From contig NC_134029.1 of assembly GCF_964204645.1 (NCBI RefSeq), positions 21,942,950 to 22,006,949 on the forward strand: a stretch of 64,000 nucleotides of DNA. Reading direction: 5' to 3'. The stretch is from Tubulanus polymorphus (Eukaryota > Animalia > Nemertea). The position numbers and the translations under genes are program-made. Shown piece after piece: positions 63,279 through 64,000 of this stretch (position 1 is the first letter of the stretch; every line of letters begins with the position of its first letter). The notes beneath the pieces were generated by a model. That model was not told the origin of the DNA and did not search any database. It worked only from the letters and a program-made list of their open reading frames with translations.

Positions 63279-64000
63279 AATATTCTCCAATTTATTCCAT
63301 TCGCTGCCAGCAATTTTGCCCTAGATCGGACGAGATACGAATGCGTCTAATTTTTTCAAAGATGTCACCAGTAACCAAGGGAAATACTGGTCCAGTTACT
63401 AAGGTACCCATGATGCAATACAGTCTTGCGTCACAAGCGCGGCTGGTTGTCAAGAACTTTATTGTGAATTACAATATTCAACGTTCAAATGAATTTCGAA
63501 TTTCTCCATTAATGTATATCCATACATATTGAAGAGTCAAAAGGCCTATGTCACGAAAAGTCTTGTCGAATTAAGTTTCATTGTTTTTTTGTAACGAAGC
63601 ATATGTAGCATATTTCCAAATGTTGAGAGTTTTTTGTAATATAGCCCACCATCTACCAGAGCTGTCTGGCCTTTAACTGCATGCATGGCATCAATCAGGA
63701 TTATTTCATGAAAAGCCTTTCATAACATAGCATATAACATAACATTTATCTATAGCCTTGAAAGTTATACAAATGACATGAAGAAAAATCAGAAAAGCTA
63801 ATACATATAACTTTGACAGTTCCTGATAAACAATTTTATCATAACGGGCACCACCTTTTCATCGTTCGTAGCTTGAACAAATCTAATTTAAGTTCGTTCT
63901 CTCTCAATCGTTTACTTTCCCCAGGGTCCGAAAATCGAATGTTATATTTCACGATGTATATATACAATATAGGATCTAGGAATAGACATTAAATTATGGA

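Overview
This is eukaryotic, intron-rich genomic DNA from an invertebrate animal (lineage inferred only from gene content; no prokaryotic, CRISPR, rRNA or true tRNA features seen). Left to right: (1) an OTUD7A/B (Cezanne)-type deubiquitinase on the minus strand, truncated at the window start, with an extra N-terminal exon carrying an MGxxxS myristoylation motif; (2) divergently, a 25-exon GON4L/YARP/Mute homologue (8891-50238) whose introns are all <1 kb except two consecutive giant ones (19 kb and 11 kb) that split the PAH region; (3) inside the first giant intron, an antisense single-coding-exon class A peptide GPCR; (4) many MITEs, a 22-bp minisatellite and a near-perfect 157-bp hairpin insertion; (5) a ~5 kb island of cysteine-rich small-protein genes and fragments, including an antistasin-like exon and an unrecognised secreted 18-Cys protein; (6) an SLC25A45/47/48-like carrier, a GT31 galactosyltransferase-like gene with a degenerate DxD motif, and a convergent membrane RING-HC gene with PAM2-like and TQT motifs. 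Exon boundaries were read by hand from GT/AG sites and reading-frame phase. Family assignments rest on remembered motifs, not database searches.
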